Shown piece after piece: positions 1 to 13,295 of a stretch of DNA of 64,000 nt; the stretch's first letter is position 1; each line of letters starts with the position of its first letter. The stretch is from positions 12,214,001-12,278,000 of the forward strand of contig CM022671.1 in NCBI GenBank assembly GCA_012295275.1, written 5' to 3'. Under the pieces are notes generated by a model. It was not told the DNA's origin. It saw only the letters and a list, made by a program, of their open reading frames with translations, and ran no database searches. A program made the translations under genes and the position numbers. Source of the stretch: Chrysomallon squamiferum. Its lineage: Eukaryota > Animalia > Mollusca.

Positions 1-3000
1 CTAAATTAGCAGCTTTTGTTTGTATTGATTTTTGTCTTTCTCCAATTTGTTTGTGGCTCATCTGTTATGAATGAGGTATATAGCATTTGGATGTCATTAG
101 GCAATTAAGGCTGACAAGAATGAGAAAAATAACCTTCTGAGGGAGTTCTCAGAACCATTTAGACAGCTGTTGAAAAAAAACAATTGGAGATTACTGAATT
201 ATTATTGATTAATGACTTTAATCCTGACTGCCATAATGTCTCTGTACCTTATCTGCATTAACTCTGTAAATATACTTCATGAAATGCACAAACAGAAAAA
301 CAGAAAGATGCTTTAGAGCCACTCAAAAAAGAGAGAGAATAATTTCAGAAGCTAAACCTTTTTGAAAAAAGAAATTATTAAAAAATAAAAATTAAAAATT
401 ATTTCTCTTAATTTATGTCTTGAAAAGAAATTGTTGATTATAAATAAAATATTGTAAAATATTTTTACTAAATATTAAAAATTATTTTATTTTTTCAATA
501 TACCCAGGAGCTTCTTGCACTTTATTTTTCAGTTTATAGTAGTGATAAAATAATAATTGACTAATTTTAACTTTCAAATTCTATTTTTATTGTTATTGTT
601 GGTCTTTCTTGCTTCTTAGGTCTGAAACATATTTCTGTGAGATGCTACTGAATTGTGTCTGTGCATGGCCTTCCTTTACAGTGTGTATGTGCATACCTTT
701 ATTTAATAATTTATTAAAATGTAAATTAGTTTGTATGTTAGTTCTTAATAAATAAGCAACTTTTATTTTTTATCTATAAATTATCTTCAGCATAAATTTT
801 ATTGACAAACATTTTTAGTCTAATTGTACTGTGCCAGCATTTTCTTTTATATTTATCTATCTGGAAAAGAGGCTAGAAATTACTTTAATGTTTTCAAATA
901 TATACTGTCAGGCTTTGAAAATTCAGTCTTCAAAGTCAGGTCTTTTATCAGCTCCTGTATATGCTAGTAATAGCAATCTTCCAAAATTCAAGTGCCAATA
1001 ACTTGAAAACCTCTTTCTCAAAGTCATTTTGCATTTCCAGAAATTAGCCCTTGAAAACTCGAAATGCTGGAATGGTTAGTCTATTGTTTTCATGGGTATT
1101 TACAGAACAATGACATATTGATTAAGTTGCTTTGGTCATCTGTGTCTGTACCAAGCATAGAGCCTCTTTATAAATAATGCATAACTGCAGACAGTCTCTA
1201 ACAAAATGTTGTAGTAAACTGAAAATTAACTGAATGGTGTTTGTTTTCACTTAACACCATACATAAATCTGATGTAATAGAAATCACTTGGCTGTACATT
1301 ATAACTTGGCATCTACATGATGAATTTGTTGAGTCTGAATTGTCATATGTTTCATAGTTTTATTAGAACAGACTGTTAATGCTAGAAAGTATATGACCAA
1401 ATCTTTGTTGAATACAGTACCTAGTCAGTTAACACTGTAGCATTTTTAAACTAAACTTTAGATAAGTGTATTCATTGTTGTGTCTGTTTCTGTAAACAAT
1501 GTGTATTCTGTGCTTGCTTGTCAGGATTTGTTGTAACTGGAATACAAAATCAGTAGTGGAGTCATATCATTTAGTTATCCATAAAGTGTGAAAGAAACTG
1601 GCAATTAAAGTTTATTGGTTCAGAACTGTTTGGTACAAAAATATTAGTATTAATGTTGTTTGCATGTTTGGTGTTGTAAATTAATTTTAAATGTTTTTTT
1701 TTTAAATGATAAAGATTATTTGGGTATTTATTTGGGTATTTGTTTATTTATCTTTTTTATCTTTTTTAAAATGACCACCATATTAAGAATAAAGTTATTA
1801 AGCTTAGTTTTAATGCGTAAGTCAGTTTATTAAGAATAATAATGACAGTTATGTACAGTAAATAATGTGGGATAAATGCTTGAATTTACTTTAGTATCAT
1901 TTAAATCAAAATACTGAGTTACATGATCAGATGTTTAAATCCAGTTCTAGGTAGATCTCATGTTGATAATTCTGTTCCAGGTGTTGTCATGATATAAACT
2001 CCATTTGATAACAGCTGGATTCATTTTTCACAGACCCACCAGGTGTCACAGTAATTTTCAGTTTGTTTTCATCTGTAACAACCATTTATGTACATCTGTT
2101 ACTGAATTATTTCTCTCTATTGTCCAAATCAACATCTGGTTAACCTGTATCTCACAAACAAAGGCATTAATTAATTTTGATTATTCAATAGTTTTAATTG
2201 AAAATAATAAAAAAAATGTTGAAACAAATATGAAAACAAAAACTGGAAATGGCTTATTTAATCAATTATTTAATTGTGGATGGCTTGTGTAATCTTTAAT
2301 TCATTAGTTTAAAATCTTTTTAGTTGATTAAGATCATTGTGATAGGATATTATGATATTGCATGTCTGTGTTTTAAAGACGAATGCATGTTAAATATAGT
2401 GACTCCATTTTCATCATCAAACAAAGTAAGAGCATGCGAGATTATCGTTGACTATTTGGCAGCACATCTCGCAATATGTATCAGAAGATAAATCACTTTG
2501 CAGGGGCAGGCGACTCTTGTGTAGCAGAAAATTGCTTATATTGCCAGGGCAAACACCAGAAATATACCAGGTATACCACATTTGTTTTACTGAAACCTTT
2601 GTTTTTATTATTATGATGATGATTTTTTTTTTTTTTTTACCAATACAAAAACATGCAAGAATTAATTAAGAAAACTATTTATGTGTTAACATTTTTACAA
2701 AAGAAACATAAATAAATAAACTTGATTGTGTGTCTTTATTAGTGAGACATTCATCACTGATCATCTGACTACTGTTCATTACACTCTAGTAATTCTGAAT
2801 ATATTGTTTCATGTTATTGTGTGTCTCTGAAGATTTTTCAGCCAATCAGATTGAATATTTAATTAAGAATTTTTTAACAGACTACAGTATTAGTGATTAC
2901 TAAAAAATGCATTTTCGTAATGTACCTTTCCTTGAATAATAATTTATCACAGTAATCAAATCTATCACTTTTTGCTTATTTTTATTTAATCACTATAGGA

Positions 3001-3742
3001 ACCTTTTATCTAGTTTGGAGATTAAATGAAATATCCAAAATTAAGAAAAACTTTATAACTTCCATTATTATTATTTGGTCATCAAAGATTATTACAGAAA
3101 TGTCTTCAGTTTGTTTTAAGACTAATTCATTAACTTTATTTTTCAAATATTGAAATACTGAGTAGATCATTTAGTTGTTTTGGGTAAAATATGTTCAAAA
3201 AGTATTCATGCCACTTGTTGTGCTTGGCAGTATATGTATATGATTTGTCTTAGTGTTTGTTACTTTAATTACTCTATTTTGTTCATTTATAACTTTATAA
3301 TACAAAACATTGAGCACATACTATTATATATCAGTTATGAATTAATTGTTTTGTTTTGTTAAAGAATATACTATGTAAAATGTATATGAAGTATGTTTTT
3401 TAATTGGCAGAATTCTTTAAATGCATCATCATATATTTTGTAAAAGAAATGTATTTTAGATGTTTACATCATTCATTTACACATTTTGGTCAAGATAACA
3501 TCTGAATTGTGATGTCATTAATTAACATTGTCTGTTAATTTACAAGACTTGTCTATCAAATGTTAGGTTAGAAAAATTTAAACCTAGCAAAATAAAGTTT
3601 TTGAAAAACATCTTATTTTATAACATCATATATACATATTTTCTCCTGTACCATTATGAAAGATAATAAAACAGTAAAAACAAGTTATGGATATAACAAA
3701 ATAAAGAAATTTGCAAATACCACAGTAACCCTAACTAAAATC

Positions 3743-3915
3743 TAATGTTTTTTCATTTTAATAGTATTTGTTAGCATAATATATTATTTTTAATTTAATA
3801 CATTTATTAATTCTAATTTGTTTTTGTTTTAGGTGAAACCAGTGAGTGTGTGATACATATAGTTTAGTGAAAATATCAATATATATATCTCTATCCAAGA
3901 TATTTGAAACTCAAA
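3743..3915 (+). repeat. Decayed tandem duplicate of the intron end/acceptor and 5' part of CTTNBP2 exon 4095
   Basis: taatgttttttcattttaatagtatttgtt...tttttgttttaggtgaaacc...tagtttagtgaa...ccaagatatttgaaactca aligns with ~3996-4180 (taatgtttttttttttcattttaatagtatttgtt...tttttgttttaggtgaaacc...tagtttagtgaa...ccaagatattagaaactca). Confidence 0.85.
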
Positions 3916-4094
3916 TACATCTTAGTTATTTAAACTATAAACATAGCAAGTTGTTGATATACGAAATAAAGGTATTACAGTAAAACTGTTTAATGTAATG
4001 TTTTTTTTTTCATTTTAATAGTATTTGTTTGCATTTTACCTTTAATTTAATACATTATTTATTTATCTTTGTATGTAATTCGTTTTTGTTTTAG

Positions 4095-5129
4095 GTGAAA
4101 CCGGTGCGTGTAGTCCATCTAGTTTAGTGAATTCATCAAGATCCCCTGTATATTGTTCTGCCCAAGATATTAGAAACTCACCTCTTCACAAACATGCTGC
4201 ATGTGGACAAATAGACTCTTTAAAGACTCTTATATTAGACTGTGATGCTGATGTTAATCTTCCTGTCAAGGATGGCACCACACCTGTCCACTCTGCTGTG
4301 GAATTTGGACAAGTTGGTAAGTTGATTTTGTTTTATTAGTTTGTAGAAGAAAAATATTAGGCAATAGTTGAGTGAATGGAGTCCAATTTGAATAGAGTAA
4401 CAGTCTTCCTTAGTGTGCCCTTCAAGCTATTTCCCATTCTAGCTTGTGCTACACAACATGTTTGTCAGCTTTCTTTTGATATTGTCAATAAAAATTCAGA
4501 GATCAGCATTCATGGAATAAAATCAGTGGCTTCCTTGACAGGTTTTTGTTCAAATAACCATATGTTTGAATCCATTGACTGAAAATTTTGTTGCAGTTTT
4601 ATTAAACATTTAATCTTTCATTTCCTAGAGTGAGAAAACAATAAAGGTCAGTAAGAAAAAGGGGTATACACATCAGGTGCATATACATCTTGAATTACTC
4701 AGTTAATCTAATACTATTAATGTAGATTTGTCATTTTTGATCATCTTAAAAAATGTAATTGATTAACCTTCAGGTTGCCTTCAGTTTCTTCTTGAGAATG
4801 GTGGTAATGTGAATGCTGTCAGAGATGACTTGTTGAGTCCTCTACACATTGCTGCTGAAGCTGGACATATTGGGTAACTATTGTTTTCTATCTTTACTGT
4901 TCTTTCTACTGTATTTCAGTTATACTGTAATATTAGTAATTATTTTAGAGAAATGAAGATAATATAGTTTCTTTTATTATAATAATAATAAACAGCTAAT
5001 CAGAAAATAGCTAATAGAAAAAAACTAAAGATACAAAATAGTTAGAACTAGAATAGCTTGGTTGGAAATATGTTTGGTTAAAATTAGAGTTAGCTATCTG
5101 AACACATTTTCATCAACCAGTTGTGTTTT

Positions 5130-5160
<31 letters not shown>

Positions 5161-8100
5161 TTATTTTTATTTTTTTATTATTTTTTTTATTAATATTTTT
5201 TTTTCTTTTGTTTTTTTGATCTCCAATCTTTATTTATTCTCTAATTTATTTTTTCAGTTTATTGCAGTTGTTGCTTTCCAAAGGTGCTGATGTCAATCTG
5301 AGAGATCACCTAAATGAGACAGCCTTGCATCTGGCAGCTTTGCGGGGTAGACATGGGTGTTGTCATCTTCTTATTGAACATGGCAGTGATCCTCTGGCTG
5401 CCAACATGGTAATTCTACTAAATACATGTAAATAAAAGCAACAGTGTATGTTTAAATTTTCCAGCTGAATAAGATAACAGCAGCAATGTTTTTTCATAAA
5501 ATTCTTTCAGATCTTTTACTAATAGAATAAATCTAGTCTTCATGTAAGTTACTGATAAATGTATTACTATGTAAATTTTTAATGTTTTAACTGGAAAAAG
5601 AAAATATTCAGAGCTCAGAATATTTTTATAACAATCATACTGGAAGGACAGTATCAAGTACATATCTGTTTATTTGCAAGTGATATCTTTGCAGTTCATT
5701 TCTAAAGTTTATAATTTAAACATTTATACCTCTAACCTTACAAATGTAATATAGCTGGTGTTTATAAACACTTTTTCAGTCAGGCCATACAGCCTTACAC
5801 TGCTGTGTTATGAGAGGACATGCTAACATTCTAGAACTGTTGTTAAATCATATTCTTCACCAACAAGAAAACAACAAAGATTTACAAAACAGACTACAGC
5901 AAACTCTAACCTCTGTAGACAAAGATGGCTGGTCAATTGTACATCTGGCTGCTTCATTAGGAAATGAGGTAAGACAAAATCGCAGACTGATTATAACACT
6001 GTTAAGTCTGGTGAAATGACAGTCTAACTGATATGTTTGAGGATAGGAATAATAACTTAAAGGTATATGATAATGTAATATAGGTCTGTTGAGCTGATGA
6101 TGTAAATTTTCAAAATCATTTTTAATTCATTTTTAATTTAAAATATGTTGTTATGAATTATGATGAAGTAAATGTGTGACAGAGACACAGGTGTTATAAA
6201 CTGAATGTTTACTCATAATACAATTGTGATTTTCTTTTTTCCTCATATAACAAATCAAATAAATATAAACTAAAACGTTTGTATGCTTTGTTGATGGAAG
6301 AGCTTGTTTTGCAGGATGAGGAGAATGAAAAACTGACTTGATTTGATAAATTTAGTCTCCTTTTTACTATTCTGTTTTAGGCATGTTTGAAAATTCTTAC
6401 TGAACTGACACCTCTGGATCTAGACTTAAAAGATAATTATGGTAGATCTGCTTATATCATTGCCTCAAAAAGGTGCAAAGATTTCTTAAATCTGAGTGGT
6501 AAGTTCACTTTCCTTTCTGAAGTCTTTCTTACTAAATCACGTTATACTCATTTTATATCTCTACATGATTTTATAAACACTTGCAAGTTTTCACTACAAT
6601 GTAGCAATCTTTGGTACTGCTAAAAGATGTTTATTATATAAATTCATCTGAAATATATCATTTTGTAATAATTTAACCAAATATTCTTTTATTATTATTA
6701 TTAATTTTTTTTTATCATTAAATCTATATATATTTTTTTTTTTTTCTATTTTAATTTAATAACATCACTGGAAGACAATTACTTGGGTCACTTCATTTTG
6801 TTTTGTTTATTTAAATAGTAAAATATATTCTGTAACATAATGTTGTTGTTTTTGGGGTTTTTTTTTGAATAATTAATTTGATGATTTCAGGTCATAAAAA
6901 CTGTCAGAATGTACAAGTATCTGTTGAGCTGGATATTCCATTTGAAAATTCAGTAATTCACAAGAGCTATGTTATTGGGATTGTTCAAGTGTCAAGAGAG
7001 TTAACATGGAACCAGATAGAAGATCGTCTTCAGTGCTTGCTGAATGAATATTTTCATGGCTTGGACCATGGTCTGAGAACTCGGAAAACTTCAAGACTAG
7101 AACCATCTTCACACCATCATCATTCAGACAGTTCACTTGGTTTAACAGCCATCAGAATAAAATATTTTCAACTGAGTAAGTTGTGTAGTTCTTATTTGGA
7201 ATGGAAAATTTGCATATATTACTTACTTTCATTTATACTTTTCATTGTAATTCATTTGTGATTCTAGATTTTTATTTTGGCAGGTTATTTTACATGGAAT
7301 CCAGGAACAGTGTCAGACAAACTACCTTATGATATATTGTGCAACAATGATGTAAAACAAATCAGTATTTTTCTAGAAGGTATATAATTCTTTTTGGGGG
7401 GGGGGGTATTTTGTCCTTTTTTTTCTCAGTTTTAACATTTATGTTCTTTCAAATAAGCTGCATATTTTAAATGTTAATTTGTAAACATAACACAGCATTA
7501 TAAGTAATAATTTTCATTTAACAAGTTATATTTACCTTGTATTAAAAATAATTAATTTTTTTTATACAAACAAATTCTGTTTTCTATAAATATTAAACTG
7601 GTAACATCAGATACAGCTATACTATTCTTACTTTCACATACCGTATATACTTGTGTATAAGTCGAATTTTTGGGAGACTATATTAAGGTAATATTTTGGG
7701 GGTCGACTTATACATAGGTAATGCTTTTGTAGCTGTTGCTGAAGAGTCGCCATTTTGACTATTTTTTGCTACGGGATGCATCTAAAATAATCGCAGTCTT
7801 TCAGCTTTTCAAAAATATAATTTTATCGTATAAAATATGAATGTAAAACATGATATTCTTCCGTTTAATGACATAAAAATACATTTTAAAGCGAAAAAAC
7901 CGTCAGTACAGTGTTATGCCTTACGGCGTCTTGCAATGATCTAGGAAATTGCACTAAATATCAGTCCTAATTTCATAAACAAAACTCACTTGTGTAATTG
8001 TAAAGAATTTGGTGAAATAATATTGCAGTCGTCATTAATATCCACTACCGACAAATCAAAAACAAAGTGACGGTGCCTGGAATCTACAGTCGACTTATAC

Positions 8101-11100
8101 ACAAGTAATACCTAAAATGACACAATTTTTGGTCTTAAAATACACATCGACTTATACATAAGGTCGCCTTGTACAGAAGTATATACGGTAATTAACTGTC
8201 AAATATGTGTTTAAATGTCATTACATTCTAATCTAATTAACTTATTGGCACAGTTAGATACCTTACTGAAATGAAATGAATTTTTTAACATAGTTACAAC
8301 AGATTTTTTTAATGTTAACAGTAACTAGATTTCACTAGCATCTATAGTTTATCTAAACTTTAAAACTTTACAAAAACCTATTGAATCAAACAGTTTATCT
8401 AAACTTTATTTGTTTTGATTATAGATTCAAGTGATGGCTGTGAGGTTATAGCCTTTGATCTCCTTTATCCTGTACAAACAGTACAGAATTACCTCAGACT
8501 GGTAAGTCTGTACTTTATGTACCTTGACATTTTTTTTATAATCACATATAAGATTATTACTTCAGATGGTGGTTCTTCAGCCTAGAGCATTTAATGCCAT
8601 GAATTGTTGTCTATTATTACAATTAAAGAGTTCTGACACTAAGATACAGTGATATGTAAAAGATAAATATATATTGTTACATAACAGAAAACAACTCTTT
8701 ACAAAGGTTTACTGCATATTAGCATGAAAACAGGTTTTTCCAGTCAGAAATATTTAGATAATTACGATGGTAGTTAGAATACTATCCATCTTGTTATGTT
8801 ATCTGTTTTTAATATTTAACTTTAATCTTATATATTTTTCTTACAAAACTTAATAATTTAATATAAAATAAGGCAGTGTAACTAAATCCCATTAACCTAT
8901 ATTTATTTTTGCTTTGTTATTTTAGCTGGAACAGTACAAAAGTGTTGTGTTTTATGGTCCAGTTGGCAGTGGAAAATCCTACCTCACAGAAACACTTGCC
9001 CACTGCATTGCTGTGAGTTATGCTTTCATTTTAATTATTTACTTATTTAAGTTATTAATAGATATATTCATTTTTTTCACTTAATAGTTACTAACTGTAT
9101 TTATATTAAGAAACTTAATACATGATGTCATGATCTAAAACATAAAATATTTGTTTTATTGTTGGGTTTATTTTCTAGTTTGTTGAATATGTCTGTTTTA
9201 TTATAGAATAAAGAAAGATTAGCTGACAGAGAACCTGTTATATACAGAATTCCTCTAAACAGTGGATTCACCAACTTTGATCTGCTGGAATTTCTGAAGC
9301 AAAAAGGTAAACAGCACTAAGAAAATAATCATAGAAATATTTTATTTGATAATAATTGTTATTTTCATGGAATTATACAAATGGAATTTAATCTTAGTAC
9401 ATTTATTCAAGTTTTGATCATTACTTCTCACATAATAACAAAAGCAGAAAGACCAGGAATGAAAATGAACATTTGCAATAATAACATATTTTCTAGGATT
9501 TTGAAAATTGTAAACTTTATACAAGCTTCTTTGCTAAATAAGTTAATTAAATGAACTAAACTGTAATTAAAGACATCCTGCAGTATATAGATATTGACAC
9601 TGGTTTGTTAGCATAAAAGTGATGTTTGGAACTTACATTTATATATGTATCGCATAGATTATTACTTAGTTCATTGAATGTGTGGAACAGCTAAAGATAA
9701 TATTTATTAAAAATGACTTAGATTGACCTTCTGAAGCTTCAGAAAAGAGCAATGAATTTCTTTAAATTTGCTTTGTTTGATAAGTAAATAGTTAAATTTA
9801 ATTTTAAAATATATTTATATGTTTTGTTTACACATTTTTTTTTTTTATACCAGGATGCATGGTTCATGTGCAGGATAGCATACACAACAAATCGCCCATA
9901 CTAATTCTGGATGATCTAGAAAAAGTTAACATAACACAGCTTTTTGGTGACCTGCTAGATCCAATAGAATACAGAGGGAAAACATACAGTTTTGGACTTA
10001 AAGGTAATAGCTGAATATATTATTAAATACTAATCTACAATTTATAAAGTAAAGTATTATCCCAATAATTGTAATGTTTTGAGAATTAAACATTGTCAAA
10101 GTTAAATGAATGAAACAGACAGGAAGACTGCATTACAAGCAATGATTCCTTGTAGCTGATGTATACAGAAAATTACAATTATTCAAATTTGTTTAGCACA
10201 ACCTGTGAATAGGTAACCACTGTAGAGTTTCAGGTAGTATTTGTTTTATTATTATACTTAGAAATAAGAATAAAGTTACTTTATTTTTGTATTTATTACC
10301 TGAGCTGTAGGTAAATAAGGTACGTTTGAAGCACTGTTTGTACTGGATTGTTTTTTTAATTTTACACATTTATATGAAGACAATTTATTGTTTTAAAGCT
10401 GCTGTTCTCTTTTTACATAGGTACATATATGCAAACATACATACATACATACATACATATATCAGCTGAAGTATATATTAAGTATTTTTTCTTATAGGTG
10501 AGGTAGATTCAGGTCGGGAGAACTACTACTTCCTTGATAACTTTTATCTCTTGGCAACAATGAACAGAGCAAGGTGATAATTGATCAGTACTCAGCACTT
10601 TTATCCAAAAATATTGAAATAAAGTTTTAAAATATATTTTATTTTATTTTAATTTATTCTAATGTATTACAACAAAATAAATGTTAAAAATAATAGTTTA
10701 ATTACTCTGTAGATTATTCATTAACGTTTTTAATGTAAAATCAGCACTGAGTATGAGAGAGTTTTATTTAATAGATTATTACTTTGGTATGACAGTAGCT
10801 AAAACAGAGAAAGTTTTTTTTTTTCAGTACAGTATTAATCTTGTCAGTTTTAATAATATTTTGTAGTAATGTTAAAACTAAAAACTTATTATTTAAGAGG
10901 ATATCATGTTTATTAAATATTTTAAACTTGTGAGAAAAAGTATGACAGAGTGGTTTTCTGAATTTAATTTGACATCTCCTGTGGTTTGTGGGGGTTTGTT
11001 CTTTTAATTTTTAATTTTCTGATGTTTATTCATTTACTTTTTAAATTGTATTATTATTCAAACAAATAAAGAAAATTAAGGAAAAATTAAAAAAAACCAT

Positions 11101-13295
11101 TTAGTTAAACTAATGTTCTGCTTTTTATCACAGATCCACTGGCTTAGATCTTCACATACAACAAAGACTGAAATGGGTACATTTCCGTGTTGACACAGAG
11201 CCATTTAGCAATCTCTTGGCTCGCCATTTCCAACGACAGTTATGTCACCTATACAATGGACACCTGCCTGCAAGTGATGATTCTATCTTAAAGTATGTCG
11301 AGTGGATTATCTGTGTGTGGCAGCGACTCAATGACAGCCTCAGTAAACTTGGCTTACCTGATGTTGCTTTTGGACCTTGTTTGTTTTTCAGCTGTCCTTT
11401 GGAGAGGAAAGATCCACAAGAAATTCTAAAGTATGTTTCACTAATTTTTAGAAAGATTTAAAAAAAATATATTTTAAAAAGGATTGAATAACTCTTTGTT
11501 TTAGAAATATTTGAATAAATATTGTTTAAAATGCTATGCTTATGTTGCTTAAGTTTCAGCAAATTCACACTTTTATGTTGGGGTCAGAATTATTTTCAGG
11601 CAGACATTGTGTGAAAAGACATCGTCATCTACTTTGTATACTGTGTGTTTGTTACAGATGGATGAAGGATCTGTGGAATAATGTGATTGCACCACAAGTG
11701 TGTAGAGCTGTAAAGCGTGGTACACGTTCAGACTCTGCCAGTGATGGTCAGAAGAAAGTGGCCAACACAGCACTCTATGTACTGATGCAGCGGTCAGTAG
11801 TGCTGGGATGTTCATTAACTGGCAGAGGTGTGTTCTTTGGATTTCTTCCTGTTACACAAGTCATGGTCATTTTAGCTGATAGCTATAGTGTAAAATTAAA
11901 TGTTTACTCTTAAGTGTAAATTTATTATTTCATTGCTAATTTGTTTCGGTTAAAAATATGTTTGATAATTAAAACAAGTGCTTTTATATGTGGGTTTATT
12001 TGTGATTAAATGATTGGCAGTAGTGTTTTGTTGCAGTCAGTTAACTATGCTATTTAGTAAAAAATGAAAGGTGCCTATTTAAAATAGATTCAAAATTGTT
12101 CAGGTTATATTCTCCATAATTGTTAACTGTTATTTAACTTATGTTTTTATTTATTTATATTATTTTATTATTATATTTTATTATTTTTTATATTTTAAAT
12201 TTTTGTTGTTGTTGTTGTTGTTAGAGAAAGAGCTATACTTGTCAGGCTTCAGTGGCAGAAATGAACTTGACATTCCACTGAAGTCAGAGAAATTTGGTTC
12301 TCTTCATCTCGCTACTAAAGAGTCTCACAAAAGTAACAAGGAAAGACAACCCCGCATGGAAAGCCTGACCAGTGATGGGCGGCACAAGCACAAACACAGA
12401 TGGTAATAGTTACTATGAAAATAATCAGTTATTCCTTCACTGATCAAATAATCATGGTATATTAATTCAGTTCCTTTGTGTGTTTTTCAAACTTTTGCAT
12501 TTATTTCAAACAGGTCTTTTGCTGGTAAGTATTTGTATTCTAGCATCAGATTTTTCATAAAATTGTTGATGTAGATGTTATTTAGTCCAGAACATTTTAC
12601 ACAACAATTTAACAAATATATGTTTGTGAAAAAATTGAAGAAATGTATTTTAATGAATACAATTTTATATAGTACTTAATAATAAGGAAATCATTTAAGT
12701 AGTTTATTCAATTACCTCTACTCACAGGCTTGACCAATGTTTCAGTAATGGATTAAGCAACAGTAAACGTCGAAGTTTGTCTGACCCATCAGTTGACAGA
12801 ACTGCACAATTGGAAAGATTTGAACAACAGCAACTGCAAATATCACAAAAAAATGGTGAAGTCCCTTCATCTCAGCCAAAGATGCGTAAACTAGAAATCC
12901 GTTCACCAGTTCTGTTGCCTCTTTCATCTTCAGTAAGATCATCTCTGTTTGAACACCATTCTCCATCAAAGAGATCTCCCACTTCTGTTTCACATCAGCA
13001 TCATAGTTTGTCTTTTGGATCAAAGAAGTCACGTTCTTCTGAAAACATTTCTATGGAAAGTAACCATTACTGCTCATCTCAAAGGAGAGCTTCTAACCCA
13101 TTTTCATTTTCTTTAACCACTCCTATGTCCAGACTCAACTCATTCAAGTTTCCTGAGGAGTGTTTACCCAGGTCTTCAGATATGATAGGTGGATCCAGTC
13201 CTGATCTAAACTCAAACAGTATACAAATATCAGAGCATGAAAACCAAGATGTTACCTCCAGCAAAACCCAGGATTGTCTGAATGTTATTAGTTGA
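4095..13295 (+). CDS. CTTNBP2: Cortactin-binding protein 2-like (ankyrin repeats + NAV/CTTNBP2-type AAA+ P-loop domain + Ser-rich tail); 5'-partial, 16 exons in window
   Basis: GT-AG exons with consistent phases: 4095-4316, 4774-4873, 5258-5408, 5780-5968, 6381-6498, 6891-7175, 7284-7379, 8425-8501, 8926-9012, 9207-9306, 9854-10003, 10498-10573, 11134-11430, 11658-11827, 12225-12402, 12728-13295 (TGA). Ankyrin repeats (SPLHKHAACG, DGTTPVHSAVEFG, LSPLHIAAEAGH, ETALHLAALRG, GHTALHCCVMRGH, DGWSIVHLAASLG) precede QNYLRLLEQYKSVVFYGPVGSGKS, ILILDD, LATMN, FGPCLFFSCP and WMKDLWNNVIAP, which are typical of the CTTNBP2/neuron navigator C-terminal region. The first exon starts in phase 1, so the N-terminal exons lie upstream. 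Confidence 0.85.
7641..8188. mobile_element. Non-autonomous Tc1/mariner (pogo/Tigger-type) MITE, 548 bp
   Basis: TA|CCGTATATACTTGTGTATAAGTCGA ... TCGCCTTGTACAGAAGTATATACGG|TA: 25-bp terminal inverted repeats (22/25 match), TA target duplication, and subterminal TCGACTTATAC copies at ~7704, ~8090 and ~8147. No coding capacity. Confidence 0.9.
12514..12524 (+). other. Candidate 11-nt alternative microexon in last intron of CTTNBP2-like gene
   Basis: ttttgcatttatttcaaacag|GTCTTTTGCTG|gtaagt: pyrimidine-rich acceptor plus a perfect consensus donor 11 nt later. Confidence 0.6.

Noticed and set aside
905-1080. Exon-like segment upstream of the first CTTNBP2 exon
   Set aside because: The frames I read from the candidate acceptor hit stops before the donor, and there is no similarity to the CTTNBP2 N-terminus.
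12742-13264. Antisense ORFs overlapping the last CTTNBP2 exon
   Set aside because: Shadows of a Ser-rich coding exon, with no splice or motif support.
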